Shown piece after piece: positions 1 through 8,720 of a stretch of 64,000 nucleotides of DNA. Source of the stretch: a virus. Its lineage: Duplodnaviria > Caudoviricetes. Made by a program: the position numbers and the translations under genes. The notes beneath the pieces are model-generated. The model made no database searches. It was not told the origin of the DNA and worked only from the letters and a program-made list of their open reading frames with translations. Where the stretch lies: IMG/VR virus record IMGVR_UViG_3300042914_002678; one strand, given 5' to 3'. Within the stretch, counting starts at the first letter, position 1; each line of letters begins with the position of its first letter.

Positions 1-210
1 CAGAAACAAGTGGAAATGAGTATCCACGTCTGGGATCAGTGGAAAATAGATAATCCGGAATGGATTCGTGACTGGTCGGATCCTTCTACTTGCCCTTCTC
101 CTGGAGAAGTTGGTGAGTGGAGAGATAAACTTGTCAACAAACATCCTGGGTGGAATGATGTTCTTGCAAAAGCAAGTAAAGCACCAAAATCAACCGTAAA
201 AAAACTCTAA
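1..210 (+). CDS. Small conserved T4-like cyanophage protein upstream of phoH, 5' truncated by the window edge
   Basis: Frame is open from base 1 (QKQVEMSIHVWDQWK...). Typical position directly before phoH. Confidence 0.6.
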   Translation, partial: QKQVEMSIHVWDQWKIDNPEWIRDWSDPSTCPSPGEVGEWRDKLVNKHPGWNDVLAKASKAPKSTVKKL

Positions 211-216
211 TAAAAT

Positions 217-972
217 ATGGCAACTAGAAAGAGAAAGAACGAATCTCCAATTGGAATTGGTATGACTGCCAAGCAAATGAGAAGAAAAAAACCAATCAAT
301 AATGATATGTTGATTGATATTGATCCTCTTACAGAGAATCAAAAACGTCTTTTTGATTCATATTCTCAAGGAAAACATTTAGTTGCATACGGTTGTGCAG
401 GAACAGGAAAAACATTCATTACTCTTTACAATGCTTTAATGGATGTTCTTGATGAAAGGACCCCATATGAAAAAGTTTATTTGGTTCGTTCATTAGTTGC
501 TACAAGAGAGATTGGATTCCTTCCCGGAACACACGACGATAAGGCAGATATTTACCAAATTCCTTATAAGAATATGGTGAAATATATGTTCCAAATGCCT
601 TCTGATGCAGAATTTGAAATGCTTTATGGAAATCTTAAATCGCAAGAAACAATTAAATTTTGGTCAACTTCTTTTCTTCGTGGAACAACCTTAGATAATG
701 CAATTATTATTGTAGACGAATTTCAAAATTTGAATTTTCATGAACTTGATAGTATAATTACTCGTGTTGGTGAAAATAGCAAAATTTGTTTCTGTGGTGA
801 TGCCACTCAATCAGATTTGCAAAAAACTAATGAGCGAAATGGAATTATTGATTTTATGAAAGTTTTAAGATCTATGCCTTCAATCGACATTATTGAATTT
901 GGTGTAGATGATATTGTACGTTCTGGATTTGTTAAGGAATACATTATTGCAAAAATTGAGTCGGGATTTTAA
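217..972 (+). CDS. phoH: PhoH-family ATPase
   Basis: Walker A GCAGTGKT; RSLVATREIGFLPG, LRGTTLDNAIIIVDEFQN, ITRVGENSKICFCGDATQSDL are PhoH motifs. Confidence 0.95.
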   Translation: MATRKRKNESPIGIGMTAKQMRRKKPINNDMLIDIDPLTENQKRLFDSYSQGKHLVAYGCAGTGKTFITLYNALMDVLDERTPYEKVYLVRSLVATREIGFLPGTHDDKADIYQIPYKNMVKYMFQMPSDAEFEMLYGNLKSQETIKFWSTSFLRGTTLDNAIIIVDEFQNLNFHELDSIITRVGENSKICFCGDATQSDLQKTNERNGIIDFMKVLRSMPSIDIIEFGVDDIVRSGFVKEYIIAKIESGF

Positions 973-1649
973 TGTTTAAACATATTGATTTGAATTTACC
1001 TCAACTTGAGAGGGAGACTATAGACGGTGTTCGTTATTATAAAGTACCAGATCTTGAACAACTACTTAGGCTTGTTTCAATTACTTCAGTAACCAGTCAT
1101 AAAAATCGCCAGTTTTTTGCTAACTGGCGTAAAAAAGTGGGTGAGGAAGAAGCAAATAAAATTACCAAACAAGCAACTAGTCGTGGTACTGATATGCATA
1201 CTTTGGTAGAACACCACCTTAAGAATGAAAATTTACCAGATGTTCAACCACTGTCAGAATTTTTGTTTAAAATTTCTAAACCAGATTTAAATCGTATAAA
1301 TAATGTTTATGCTCTTGAAAGTTCCTTATACAGCAAAATTCTTGGAGTAGCAGGAACTGTAGATTGTATTGCAGAGTTTGACGGTGAATTAGCAATAATA
1401 GACTTTAAAACATCTAAAAAACCAAAACCACGGGAATGGATTGAACATTATTTTGTTCAGTGTGTTGCTTATGCATGTATGTTCTATGAACTTACTGAAA
1501 TTCCCGTAAAAAAACTTGTAATTATTATGGCTTGCGAAAATGGAGAATGCGTCGTTTATGAAGAAAGAGACAAATCAAAGTACATCAAACTACTCACCCA
1601 ATATATTAGAGAGTTTGTTAGAGATAAATTGGAATCATATGGAACATAA
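972..1649 (+). CDS. PD-(D/E)XK exonuclease (Cas4-like fold)
   Basis: RGTDMH, AGTVDCIAE, IIDFKTS and QCVAYA motifs; usual neighbour of phoH in T4-like phages. Confidence 0.85.
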   Translation: MFKHIDLNLPQLERETIDGVRYYKVPDLEQLLRLVSITSVTSHKNRQFFANWRKKVGEEEANKITKQATSRGTDMHTLVEHHLKNENLPDVQPLSEFLFKISKPDLNRINNVYALESSLYSKILGVAGTVDCIAEFDGELAIIDFKTSKKPKPREWIEHYFVQCVAYACMFYELTEIPVKKLVIIMACENGECVVYEERDKSKYIKLLTQYIREFVRDKLESYGT

Positions 1650-1899
1650 TAAAGAATTAGAACAAGCAATAGATAATAAGTTTTTAACGCCTTCAAAATT
1701 TGCACTAGAAATTGAAAAAATAGTGTCTGAAGAAAATATTAATTACATTGACGCTATAGTTCATTACTGCGAACTTAACACTCTTGATGTGGAGTCTGTT
1801 GCAAAACTTATTTCAAAACCTTTAAAAGAAAGGTTAAAGTGGGACGCAACTCGTCTTAACTTTATGAAAAAAACATCGCGTGCTAAATTGCCTTTATGA
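1639..1899 (+). CDS. 33: Late-transcription co-activator gp33
   Basis: FALEIEKIV...NYIDAIVHYCE...LISKPLKERLKWDA..LNFMKK. Start moved from 1540 to the in-frame ATG at 1639, overlapping the upstream stop region. Confidence 0.85.
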   Translation: MEHNKELEQAIDNKFLTPSKFALEIEKIVSEENINYIDAIVHYCELNTLDVESVAKLISKPLKERLKWDATRLNFMKKTSRAKLPL

Positions 1900-2492
1900 T
1901 TGTGACTCCTTTTGAAACTTATCAACATTATTTGTCACTCAAAAATCATTTTACAAATCCAAAATACGACTTCTTTAAATATGGTGCTAAGACTCGTGCC
2001 AGTATCACTTCGTTCAACAAGCGTCGTGACAAATACTGGTTTGAAAAAACAAGTCGCAAGTATAAGGACGAAGAAATTGTTAATTTCTTGGTTGCAAACT
2101 TTGTAGAATCTACTAGCGTAAATCAAATATGGATTGGAGAAATTATCAATTCTGGAGAAAGGACTTACGCAGATTGGATGCGGAGACAACAGAGTTTGAC
2201 TTACTTGTTCAAAGAGCAAAGCAACGAATTGTTCTCGGAGATCAAATTAGAGGATGTCTTGAACTGTTCCAAAGGACATCCACCAGTTCTCAAAAGATTT
2301 CTAAGCGGGAAGTTGTCGTTAGAAACTTTAACTATCTACGAAAAAATATTCCATTTCTCAACAGATTTTGATAAAAATCTTCTTGACCCAGTATGGGAAA
2401 CCGTAAGTTTAAAAATCAAAAAATATTCTCCTTTTCTAAATATAGACGTATTCCAATTTAAACGCATTTTACGGGAAATTGTAAATGAGTAA
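1896..2492 (+). CDS. 59: Helicase loader gp59
   Basis: YLSLKNHFTNPKYDFFKY N-terminus; position between gp33 and gp32. Confidence 0.85.
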   Translation: MIVTPFETYQHYLSLKNHFTNPKYDFFKYGAKTRASITSFNKRRDKYWFEKTSRKYKDEEIVNFLVANFVESTSVNQIWIGEIINSGERTYADWMRRQQSLTYLFKEQSNELFSEIKLEDVLNCSKGHPPVLKRFLSGKLSLETLTIYEKIFHFSTDFDKNLLDPVWETVSLKIKKYSPFLNIDVFQFKRILREIVNE

Positions 2493-2814
2493 CTTTTTTG
2501 ATTCTGATATTATTCAAGAAGAACTGAAAGAAATTAACAAGTTACAAGAACAGATTTACGGAAGTATTCTCACTTTCGGTATAATGCCCCGTGAAGACAA
2601 ACTGGAACACATTGAAAAACTGTCCCTCTTGCTAGAAAAGCAGAGAGTGATGTATACTAGGTTATCTCTCTCAGACGACCCTAAAGCGGTTGAGATGAAA
2701 GAGAATCTACGCAAATCAGTTGCAATCATGGGATTTTCCCCTGAAACTGATATGCAAGTTTTATTCACTAGTATGACAAAAACAATTGAATCCCTCAAGA
2801 AGTACCTTGACTGA
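2485..2814 (+). CDS. DUF1825-like helical protein
   Basis: FFDSDIIQEEL...LLEKQRVMYTRLSLSDDPKA resembles the family found between gp59 and gp32 in cyanophages. Confidence 0.65.
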   Translation: MSNFFDSDIIQEELKEINKLQEQIYGSILTFGIMPREDKLEHIEKLSLLLEKQRVMYTRLSLSDDPKAVEMKENLRKSVAIMGFSPETDMQVLFTSMTKTIESLKKYLD

Positions 2815-2835
2815 TCCCCCAAATCCTGTTATACT
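2807..2835 (+). promoter_or_regulatory. Sigma70-type promoter for gp32
   Basis: TTGACT-17 nt-TATACT. Confidence 0.7.
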
Positions 2836-2877
2836 ATCCGAGTAATCCCCCGAATCCAAACTATCCGAGGTATCTAA

Positions 2878-3798
2878 ATGGCATTTGCCGATCTTAAAAA
2901 GCAATCTAAACTTGGTTCTCTCACCGAAAAACTGGTGAAAGAAGTCGAAAAAATGAATAGTTCTGGCAGTTCTTCCGACGAACGTGTATGGAAGTTAGAC
3001 TGTGATAAGAGTGGGAATGGATATGCAGTAATCCGATTCCTTCCTGCTCCCGATGGAGAAGATCTTCCTTTTGTGAAGGTTTATTCTCACGCATTCCAAG
3101 GTCCTGGTGGTTGGTTGATTGACAACTGCCTGACAAGTATCAATCAAAAGTGTCCCGTCTGTGAGCACAACTCTGGTCTCTGGAACAATGGTACTGATGC
3201 TGGTAAAGAAGTTGCTCGTAAGCAGAAGCGCAAACTGACCTATGTGTCTAACATCTATGTGGTAAAGGATCCTGCTAATCCTTCCAATGAGGGTAAGGTG
3301 TTCCTCTTCAAGTACGGTAAGAAAATCTTTGATAAGATTACCGAAGCAATGCAACCTGAGTTTGAAGATGAATCTCCCATTGATCCCTTTGACTTCTGGC
3401 AAGGTGCTAACTTCAAACTGAAGGCAAAGAACGTTGCTGGTTATCGTAACTATGATTCCAGTGAATTTGCTTCTCAAAGTGCTCTTCTTGATGATGATGA
3501 CGCAATGGAAGCAATCTGGAAGAAGCAGTATTCTCTCGCAGATTTCATGTCTCCTAGTGAATTCAAGACTTATGAGGAACTGAAAAAGCGTCTTAGTTCT
3601 GTCCTTGGAACCAAGAATACACGTATTGCTGAAGAAGTTGAAGATGAAGATGATTATCGTGGTTCTACAAAAGAACTTGATGATGATCTTCGTGCAGAAC
3701 TTAACAATCTTCAACCTACCCGTCGTGCTACTGCACCCGTAGAAGATAATGAGGATGATGATGCACTTTCCTACTTCGCTCGCTTGGCAGAAGACTGA
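2878..3798 (+). CDS. 32: Single-stranded DNA-binding protein gp32
   Basis: GNGYAVIRFLPAPDGEDLP, HAFQGPGGW, Zn-type CLTSINQKCPVCE, acidic C-terminal tail ending SYFARLAED. Confidence 0.95.
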   Translation: MAFADLKKQSKLGSLTEKLVKEVEKMNSSGSSSDERVWKLDCDKSGNGYAVIRFLPAPDGEDLPFVKVYSHAFQGPGGWLIDNCLTSINQKCPVCEHNSGLWNNGTDAGKEVARKQKRKLTYVSNIYVVKDPANPSNEGKVFLFKYGKKIFDKITEAMQPEFEDESPIDPFDFWQGANFKLKAKNVAGYRNYDSSEFASQSALLDDDDAMEAIWKKQYSLADFMSPSEFKTYEELKKRLSSVLGTKNTRIAEEVEDEDDYRGSTKELDDDLRAELNNLQPTRRATAPVEDNEDDDALSYFARLAED

Positions 3799-3812
3799 TT
3801 ATCTGCTATAAT
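3784..3812 (+). promoter_or_regulatory. Sigma70-type promoter for the mom-like gene
   Basis: TTGGCA-17 nt-TATAAT overlapping the gp32 stop. Confidence 0.6.
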
Positions 3813-3815
3813 ACT

Positions 3816-3842
3816 GGGGAGGCAACGGTCTCCCCTTTTTTT
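3816..3842 (+). terminator. Intrinsic terminator after gp32
   Basis: GGGGAG-loop-CTCCCC followed by T7. Confidence 0.8.
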
Positions 3843-4430
3843 ATGAAATCTGACTATTATATTGACCGTATCGCAAAAAAGCAGGCAGAAGAACTTCTAC
3901 TAACTTATCATTATCTAAAAGATTTTTCTAAGGGATTTAAGTCTGGTTATAACTACGGTCTCTTTAAGAAGAATGAGTTTTCACCCCTAAACATTGGTGG
4001 ATTGTTGGGTGTTTGTATTTTTACTGGACTTCCAGTACCTGAAGTAGCACAAGGAGCATTTGGATTAGAAAGAAATGAGCAAGAAGGATTATTTGAACTT
4101 TCACGACTTTGCATCCACCCCGAAACTCAAGGAAACGAGTATAATATCACTTCTTGGTTTATTTCAAGATCGATTAGACAGTTACGGAAGGATACTGAAG
4201 TTAAAGCAATCATCTCTTACGCTGATAGTGATTTCCATAATGGTACAATCTATCGCGCTTGTAACTTTAAGTATTGTGGACTCACAGACGCAAAAAAAGA
4301 TTTCTACTATGCAGACGGAACTAAACACTCTAGAGGCAAAATTAAAGGTGCTGAAGGAGAATGGAAAGACCGCTCCCGCAAGCACCGATATGTGATGGTT
4401 TTTGATAAGAATCTAGAACTCTTATGGTGA
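3843..4430 (+). CDS. Mom-like GNAT-fold DNA modification protein
   Basis: HYL near the N-terminus, ELSRLC, WFISRSIRQL, ISYAD..HNGTIYRACNFKYCG pattern of Mu Mom-related proteins. Confidence 0.7.
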   Translation: MKSDYYIDRIAKKQAEELLLTYHYLKDFSKGFKSGYNYGLFKKNEFSPLNIGGLLGVCIFTGLPVPEVAQGAFGLERNEQEGLFELSRLCIHPETQGNEYNITSWFISRSIRQLRKDTEVKAIISYADSDFHNGTIYRACNFKYCGLTDAKKDFYYADGTKHSRGKIKGAEGEWKDRSRKHRYVMVFDKNLELLW

Positions 4431-5123
4431 TTTAATTCTAATATTATCTGCTCTTTTTAATCTATCATCAACATATTGAGTTGAATCGGAATATAACATT
4501 AATTTTCTACTATCATTTAAAAATTGTTGTAGATATTCTCTTCTCAAAACAAATATATTTCTTTTATCGTCATTTTTTCTAACTTCATGCTCATAGTTTG
4601 TAACTAAAGTGGTAACATTATATTTTGTTATGATTGTTTTTAATCCACTATCATAAAATTTCACATAAGAAGTATTTGGTTCAATATCAGTCGATGGTCT
4701 TGGAGATTTGAAGTTTTTATCTACAATTAATTTTTCTGGTAAAATTAATCTACCTTTAGAATCTTTTACTTCTATTGTCTCATAGAATCTGGCATCATTT
4801 AAAGAATTGCCATAAATTTTTTCAGCGTAAAGAAAAATATCCTTGTCTGATAAAGGCCATTGATCCCGAATATTGCGAATATCTGCACTAATTAAAACCA
4901 CCCAATCAAGATCAGAATCTCCATATAATTCTTCTGCAACATTATCTGGACGATCTCCGTCTCTGATTATATACTTGTTAAATGCAGTTATATAGTTTTG
5001 AATATCTTCTCTAATTTTAACTCTTTTAAATATATTTTTTACAGTAATATATTCTGAAGAAGAATTTCTATCAGATAAAGGTGAGAGATATTCTAAATCT
5101 GGAAGTTCTCTGAAGTATCCCAT
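4422..5123 (-). CDS. 53: Baseplate wedge subunit gp53
   Basis: YFRELPDLEY, LysM-like IRDGDRPDNVAEELYGDSDLDWVVL, DQWPLS. Confidence 0.85.
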   Translation of the reverse strand: MGYFRELPDLEYLSPLSDRNSSSEYITVKNIFKRVKIREDIQNYITAFNKYIIRDGDRPDNVAEELYGDSDLDWVVLISADIRNIRDQWPLSDKDIFLYAEKIYGNSLNDARFYETIEVKDSKGRLILPEKLIVDKNFKSPRPSTDIEPNTSYVKFYDSGLKTIITKYNVTTLVTNYEHEVRKNDDKRNIFVLRREYLQQFLNDSRKLMLYSDSTQYVDDRLKRADNIRIKSP

Positions 5124-5124
5124 T

Positions 5125-6075
5125 TTAGTATCCTACTCCTTTTGTTCCACCAGACCTCTTATACGTTAAGTCTGTTCCAGAAATTGGTTTATCTGTTGCT
5201 TCATCGTTATAATCACTATCATAAATTGGAGATAGTTCTTTAAATGTCAAATCCATAATTATAGAGATTGGAGTTCCATCTGCATAAGTTGCATAAACAT
5301 TTTCACCAGTGTAGTTTACACCCATATCAGTTAAAGCACATTCTTTAAATTTATTTAAAAATGGATGATCAGTATTTCCTTTTCTATAAGTAAGTTCAAA
5401 AATATTTGGAGTTTCTAAAAATGCAGCATAAACTTTTGGTGCCATATTTCTTTTAAAAGATCTTATGATAGATTTTATTTGAAGAGATTCATTTTCATCT
5501 CTTGGAGTCATTTTAAAAGAAAATCTAAAAGATCTAAGAGTTACATTGTTAAAAAGTAACTCCATATTTGGATTAAATATTCTACCTACCGATCTTGCTA
5601 ATATTTGATCCGGTGAAACATTTGCACCAAAAACATTTACCGCTTGAGAGGCAAAATATCTGTTAACTGCTAATCTTGCATCATCATCTTCAATAAGAGT
5701 ATTTAATGTAAGACCAGCATTTGCTCCTATTTGATCGACTAATTTTTCTGGAGCTATAATGTTTCCTTCATTTATAGTCTTACTAACCAATCCTGCTGCT
5801 GCTGCTGCATAAGAATTTATAGTATCGTCACCATATCCAACAGAATTACTATCTTGAATATTTGAAGGCATAGGCAATAAAATAATTCCGTCATCAACTA
5901 ATTCTGCTACAGACGAAGCAGTTGCTCCAACATCTGTCGCTTTTCCTATTCTTCTTCTAGAACTAGGACTTGTTAGTGTAGGTAATCCTCCAGCAACGTA
6001 TTTTTTAATTGCAATTTGCAAATAATCTGTTGTTTCGGTTATTGCTTCGTAAGGATATCTTAGAACAGTAGTCAT
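5125..6075 (-). CDS. 48: Baseplate tail-tube cap gp48
   Basis: LPMPSNIQDSNSV, NPNMELLFNNVTLRSFRFSFKMTPRDENES, CALTDMGVNYT. Confidence 0.85.
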   Translation of the reverse strand: MTTVLRYPYEAITETTDYLQIAIKKYVAGGLPTLTSPSSRRRIGKATDVGATASSVAELVDDGIILLPMPSNIQDSNSVGYGDDTINSYAAAAAGLVSKTINEGNIIAPEKLVDQIGANAGLTLNTLIEDDDARLAVNRYFASQAVNVFGANVSPDQILARSVGRIFNPNMELLFNNVTLRSFRFSFKMTPRDENESLQIKSIIRSFKRNMAPKVYAAFLETPNIFELTYRKGNTDHPFLNKFKECALTDMGVNYTGENVYATYADGTPISIIMDLTFKELSPIYDSDYNDEATDKPISGTDLTYKRSGGTKGVGY

Positions 6076-6084
6076 TATCCTTTT

Positions 6085-6480
6085 TTAATTATTTAGTCTG
6101 ATTTTTTTAAAAGGAAGAGCTTGTGCGTCTTTTAGTTCTTCTGGATAAATTATATGCAAAGGACCAATTATTTCGTTCCATGTATATTGTCTATGTCCCC
6201 CCCAATGAAAATTAATTCCTTTAAATCCCCATTGAAACAATTCAGTAATTGCAACTAGTGGATATTCGTCATATCTAATGTTTGAAGTTTTGGGGCGATA
6301 TACAAACGTGTAAAATTTTCCTACACTTGGACTTGTTGTTGTTTCTTTAAGGACTTCTAATAAACTTAACATTATATCATCAGGATCTTCAGTGCCAATT
6401 AGATCGTCATAATTTTTACGAAGACGATTGTTTTTATCGTCAGTTGGATTATTTCTTTCTTTTAAAGTTTTTCTTGGCAT
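6085..6480 (-). CDS. gp2-like DNA end protector (short form)
   Basis: GKFYTFVYRPKT, YDEYPLVAI, GFKGINFHW resemble the gp2 core; adjacent to gp4. Confidence 0.55.
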   Translation of the reverse strand: MPRKTLKERNNPTDDKNNRLRKNYDDLIGTEDPDDIMLSLLEVLKETTTSPSVGKFYTFVYRPKTSNIRYDEYPLVAITELFQWGFKGINFHWGGHRQYTWNEIIGPLHIIYPEELKDAQALPFKKIRLNN

Positions 6481-6917
6481 TATTTAATACCTAATTCATT
6501 TTCGGTTAAAACTTTAAATTCGTATCCACGATCTAAACACCAGTCTTTTGCCGCTTCCCATTTTGCTTGATTTTTTGCATATTCATAAACTTCATATAAG
6601 TATCCTTTTGTTTGTCTTTTTGGTTTTGGTGGAGGAGTCATTTGCTTTTTTGGTTTAATCTCAATCATATACTTTTTAATTGAACTATTTTCTTCTTTTA
6701 CTTTAATAAGAAAATCTGGAAAATACCTATGAGGTTTATTGTCTAATGGAGATCTATACCAAACAAACATTTCTTCATTAGACCATTCTAAAACATTTTC
6801 ATTTGTGTCACAATAGACCATGAATTTTCTTTCCCACAAAGATCTGTATATAATATTTGTGGGATCTCCAGCGTATTTGTTGGGATATGTTGGTTTATAT
6901 TTTCCTTTATATGACAT
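6480..6917 (-). CDS. 4: Head completion protein gp4
   Basis: YKGKYKP.YP.KY.GDP..IIYRSLWERKFM, HRYFPDF, EIKPKKQ, NQAKWEAA. Confidence 0.9.
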   Translation of the reverse strand: MSYKGKYKPTYPNKYAGDPTNIIYRSLWERKFMVYCDTNENVLEWSNEEMFVWYRSPLDNKPHRYFPDFLIKVKEENSSIKKYMIEIKPKKQMTPPPKPKRQTKGYLYEVYEYAKNQAKWEAAKDWCLDRGYEFKVLTENELGIK

Positions 6918-6953
6918 CTAAATAACATTAATAGACCAATATTAGGTATTTAG
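6918..6953. promoter_or_regulatory. Pair of oppositely oriented T4-type late promoters
   Basis: CTAAATA on + at 6918-6924 (toward 6956) and TATTTAG at 6947-6953 (CTAAATA on -, toward gp4). Confidence 0.6.
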
Positions 6954-6955
6954 AA

Positions 6956-7798
6956 ATGCCAATCCCGTCAATTAATGCTCTCACAATGCTAAGTGGTAGA
7001 GAGCAATTTGGCAACGTTGCGAGAACTAATCAATTTCAAGTTTTTATTGAAAATGGATGGGGAACTAGTGGTTCTACAACACCTTTTTTAGAACACCTAA
7101 AAAATACCACTTTGTATTATGGAATTGATTGGACTGCAACATTTAAGAAAAAACTTTCTTTATTGTGTTTTGACGCAAATCTTCCTGCCTCTACTTATGC
7201 AACTGCAGAAGTAAAAGATAATTTTATGGGAGTTGCTCAAGAATTTGCACATACTAGAATTAATACCGATATTGATTTTAGTTTTTATGTTGATAGTAAC
7301 TATTATGTTTTAACATTTTTTGAGGCATGGATGGATTATGTTTCTGGAGGAAATAGCAAAAAGGATCCATCAACTGGAGATCCTGTTCCAGATGAACCAA
7401 GTTTATACGATAATAATATTAATCCTTATTATAGAAGATTTAATTATCCAAAATTTTATAAAAATCAATCTGGAGTTTATATTAAAAAGTTTGAAAATAA
7501 CTGGGATGTTGAAGGAACCACAAATATAACATATCAATTAATTAATGCATTTCCAAAATCTATTGCCTCTATTCCTGTTACTTATGGTGAAGCAGAAGTT
7601 ATGAAAGTAACGGTAACAATGAATTATGATCGTTATAGATTGTATAGAGAAATTGCAGGACCGCCAGTTGTTGGTGGTGCTCTTAAAAATTCTGATGGAA
7701 CTTGGACAGTTCAACTTATCATTGCTGGAGATGTTATTACTAAAACAGTAAGCAATACGGTATATCAGACTAAATATGCTTTACCACCAGTACCATAA
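6956..7798 (+). CDS. Tail tube-like / baseplate-tube initiator protein (gp54/gp19 fold)
   Basis: ARTNQFQV, LLCFDANLP, FSFYVD...FFEAWMDY, LINAFPKSI, VTVTMNYDRY. Confidence 0.7.
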   Translation: MPIPSINALTMLSGREQFGNVARTNQFQVFIENGWGTSGSTTPFLEHLKNTTLYYGIDWTATFKKKLSLLCFDANLPASTYATAEVKDNFMGVAQEFAHTRINTDIDFSFYVDSNYYVLTFFEAWMDYVSGGNSKKDPSTGDPVPDEPSLYDNNINPYYRRFNYPKFYKNQSGVYIKKFENNWDVEGTTNITYQLINAFPKSIASIPVTYGEAEVMKVTVTMNYDRYRLYREIAGPPVVGGALKNSDGTWTVQLIIAGDVITKTVSNTVYQTKYALPPVP

Positions 7799-7827
7799 AT
7801 AATTGCAACTGATTTGTGTAGGAAATT

Positions 7828-8550
7828 ATGCCTTTACCAAAAATTACAACACCAACTTATGAGTTGGAAATTCCCTCTACTGGAAAAAAGATTAAATATC
7901 GTCCTTTTTTGGTAAGAGAAGAAAAAATTCTAATCATGGCATTAGAATCTGAAGATATGAAATCAATCACAGATTCTATTGTCCAGATACTAAGCGAATG
8001 TATTCAAACAAAAGGTATAAGTATATCAGAACTTGCAACTTTTGATATTGAATACATTTTCTTAAACGTTAGAGCAAAATCAATTGGTGAAAAAATAGAA
8101 GTTAATGTAACCTGTCCAGACGATGGAGAAACACAAGTATCTACTGAAATTGATTTAGATACGATTAAAGTTCACAAAGAAAAAAATCATTCTAATATCA
8201 TTAAGATAGACGATGAATTGTCAATGAAGATGAAGTATCCTTCATTGGAACAATTTGTTGAAAATAATTTTGAATTTCAAGAATCTAATATTGATGTAGA
8301 TAAATCTTTGAATATGATTGTTTCTTGCATTGATATGGTATATACACCAGAGGAGTGTTGGTCGGCTTCTGATTGTACCAAGAAAGAATTGGTAGAATTT
8401 GTAGAGCAAATGAATACCAAACAGTTTAAAGAAATTGAATCTTTCTTTACAACTATGCCAAAGTTAACTCATAAGGTAGTAATTAAAAATCCCAAAACTA
8501 AAAAGGACAATGAAATCGTATTGGAAGGGTTAGCAAGTTTTTTCAGCTAA
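7828..8550 (+). CDS. 26: Baseplate hub assembly protein gp26
   Basis: MPLPKITTPTYELEIPSTGKKIKYRPFLVREEKIL, LATFDIEYIFLNVRAKSIGE, ends EGLASFFS. Confidence 0.9.
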   Translation: MPLPKITTPTYELEIPSTGKKIKYRPFLVREEKILIMALESEDMKSITDSIVQILSECIQTKGISISELATFDIEYIFLNVRAKSIGEKIEVNVTCPDDGETQVSTEIDLDTIKVHKEKNHSNIIKIDDELSMKMKYPSLEQFVENNFEFQESNIDVDKSLNMIVSCIDMVYTPEECWSASDCTKKELVEFVEQMNTKQFKEIESFFTTMPKLTHKVVIKNPKTKKDNEIVLEGLASFFS

Positions 8551-8720
8551 TGATGTCTCATACTAGTCTTGAGGCATATTATAGAATTAATTTTTCCTTG
8601 ATGCAGCATCATAAATACTCTTTGACAGAACTTGATAACATGATTCCTTGGGAAAGAGAAGTTTATGTATCTCTCCTTCAACAATATATTGAAGAAGAAA
8701 ACGCAAAGCAGAGGCAGTAA
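8550..8720 (+). CDS. 51: gp51-like baseplate hub assembly protein (56 aa, below the ORF-track cutoff)
   Basis: Translated by hand: MMSHTSLEAYYRINFSLMQHHKYSLTELDNMIPWEREVYVSLLQQYIEEENAKQRQ. Confidence 0.85.
   Translation: MMSHTSLEAYYRINFSLMQHHKYSLTELDNMIPWEREVYVSLLQQYIEEENAKQRQ

Noticed and set aside
972-1649. Cas4 as a sign of a CRISPR system
   Set aside because: The PD-(D/E)XK exonuclease is a standard phoH neighbour in T4-like phages; there is no array and no other cas gene.
2995-3714. 239-aa minus-strand ORF opposite gp32
   Set aside because: Antisense shadow of a well-supported gene.
6480-6917. TnsA-like transposase reading of gp4
   Set aside because: gp4 shares that nuclease fold but sits in its normal position among T4 virion genes; no transposon ends or partner genes.
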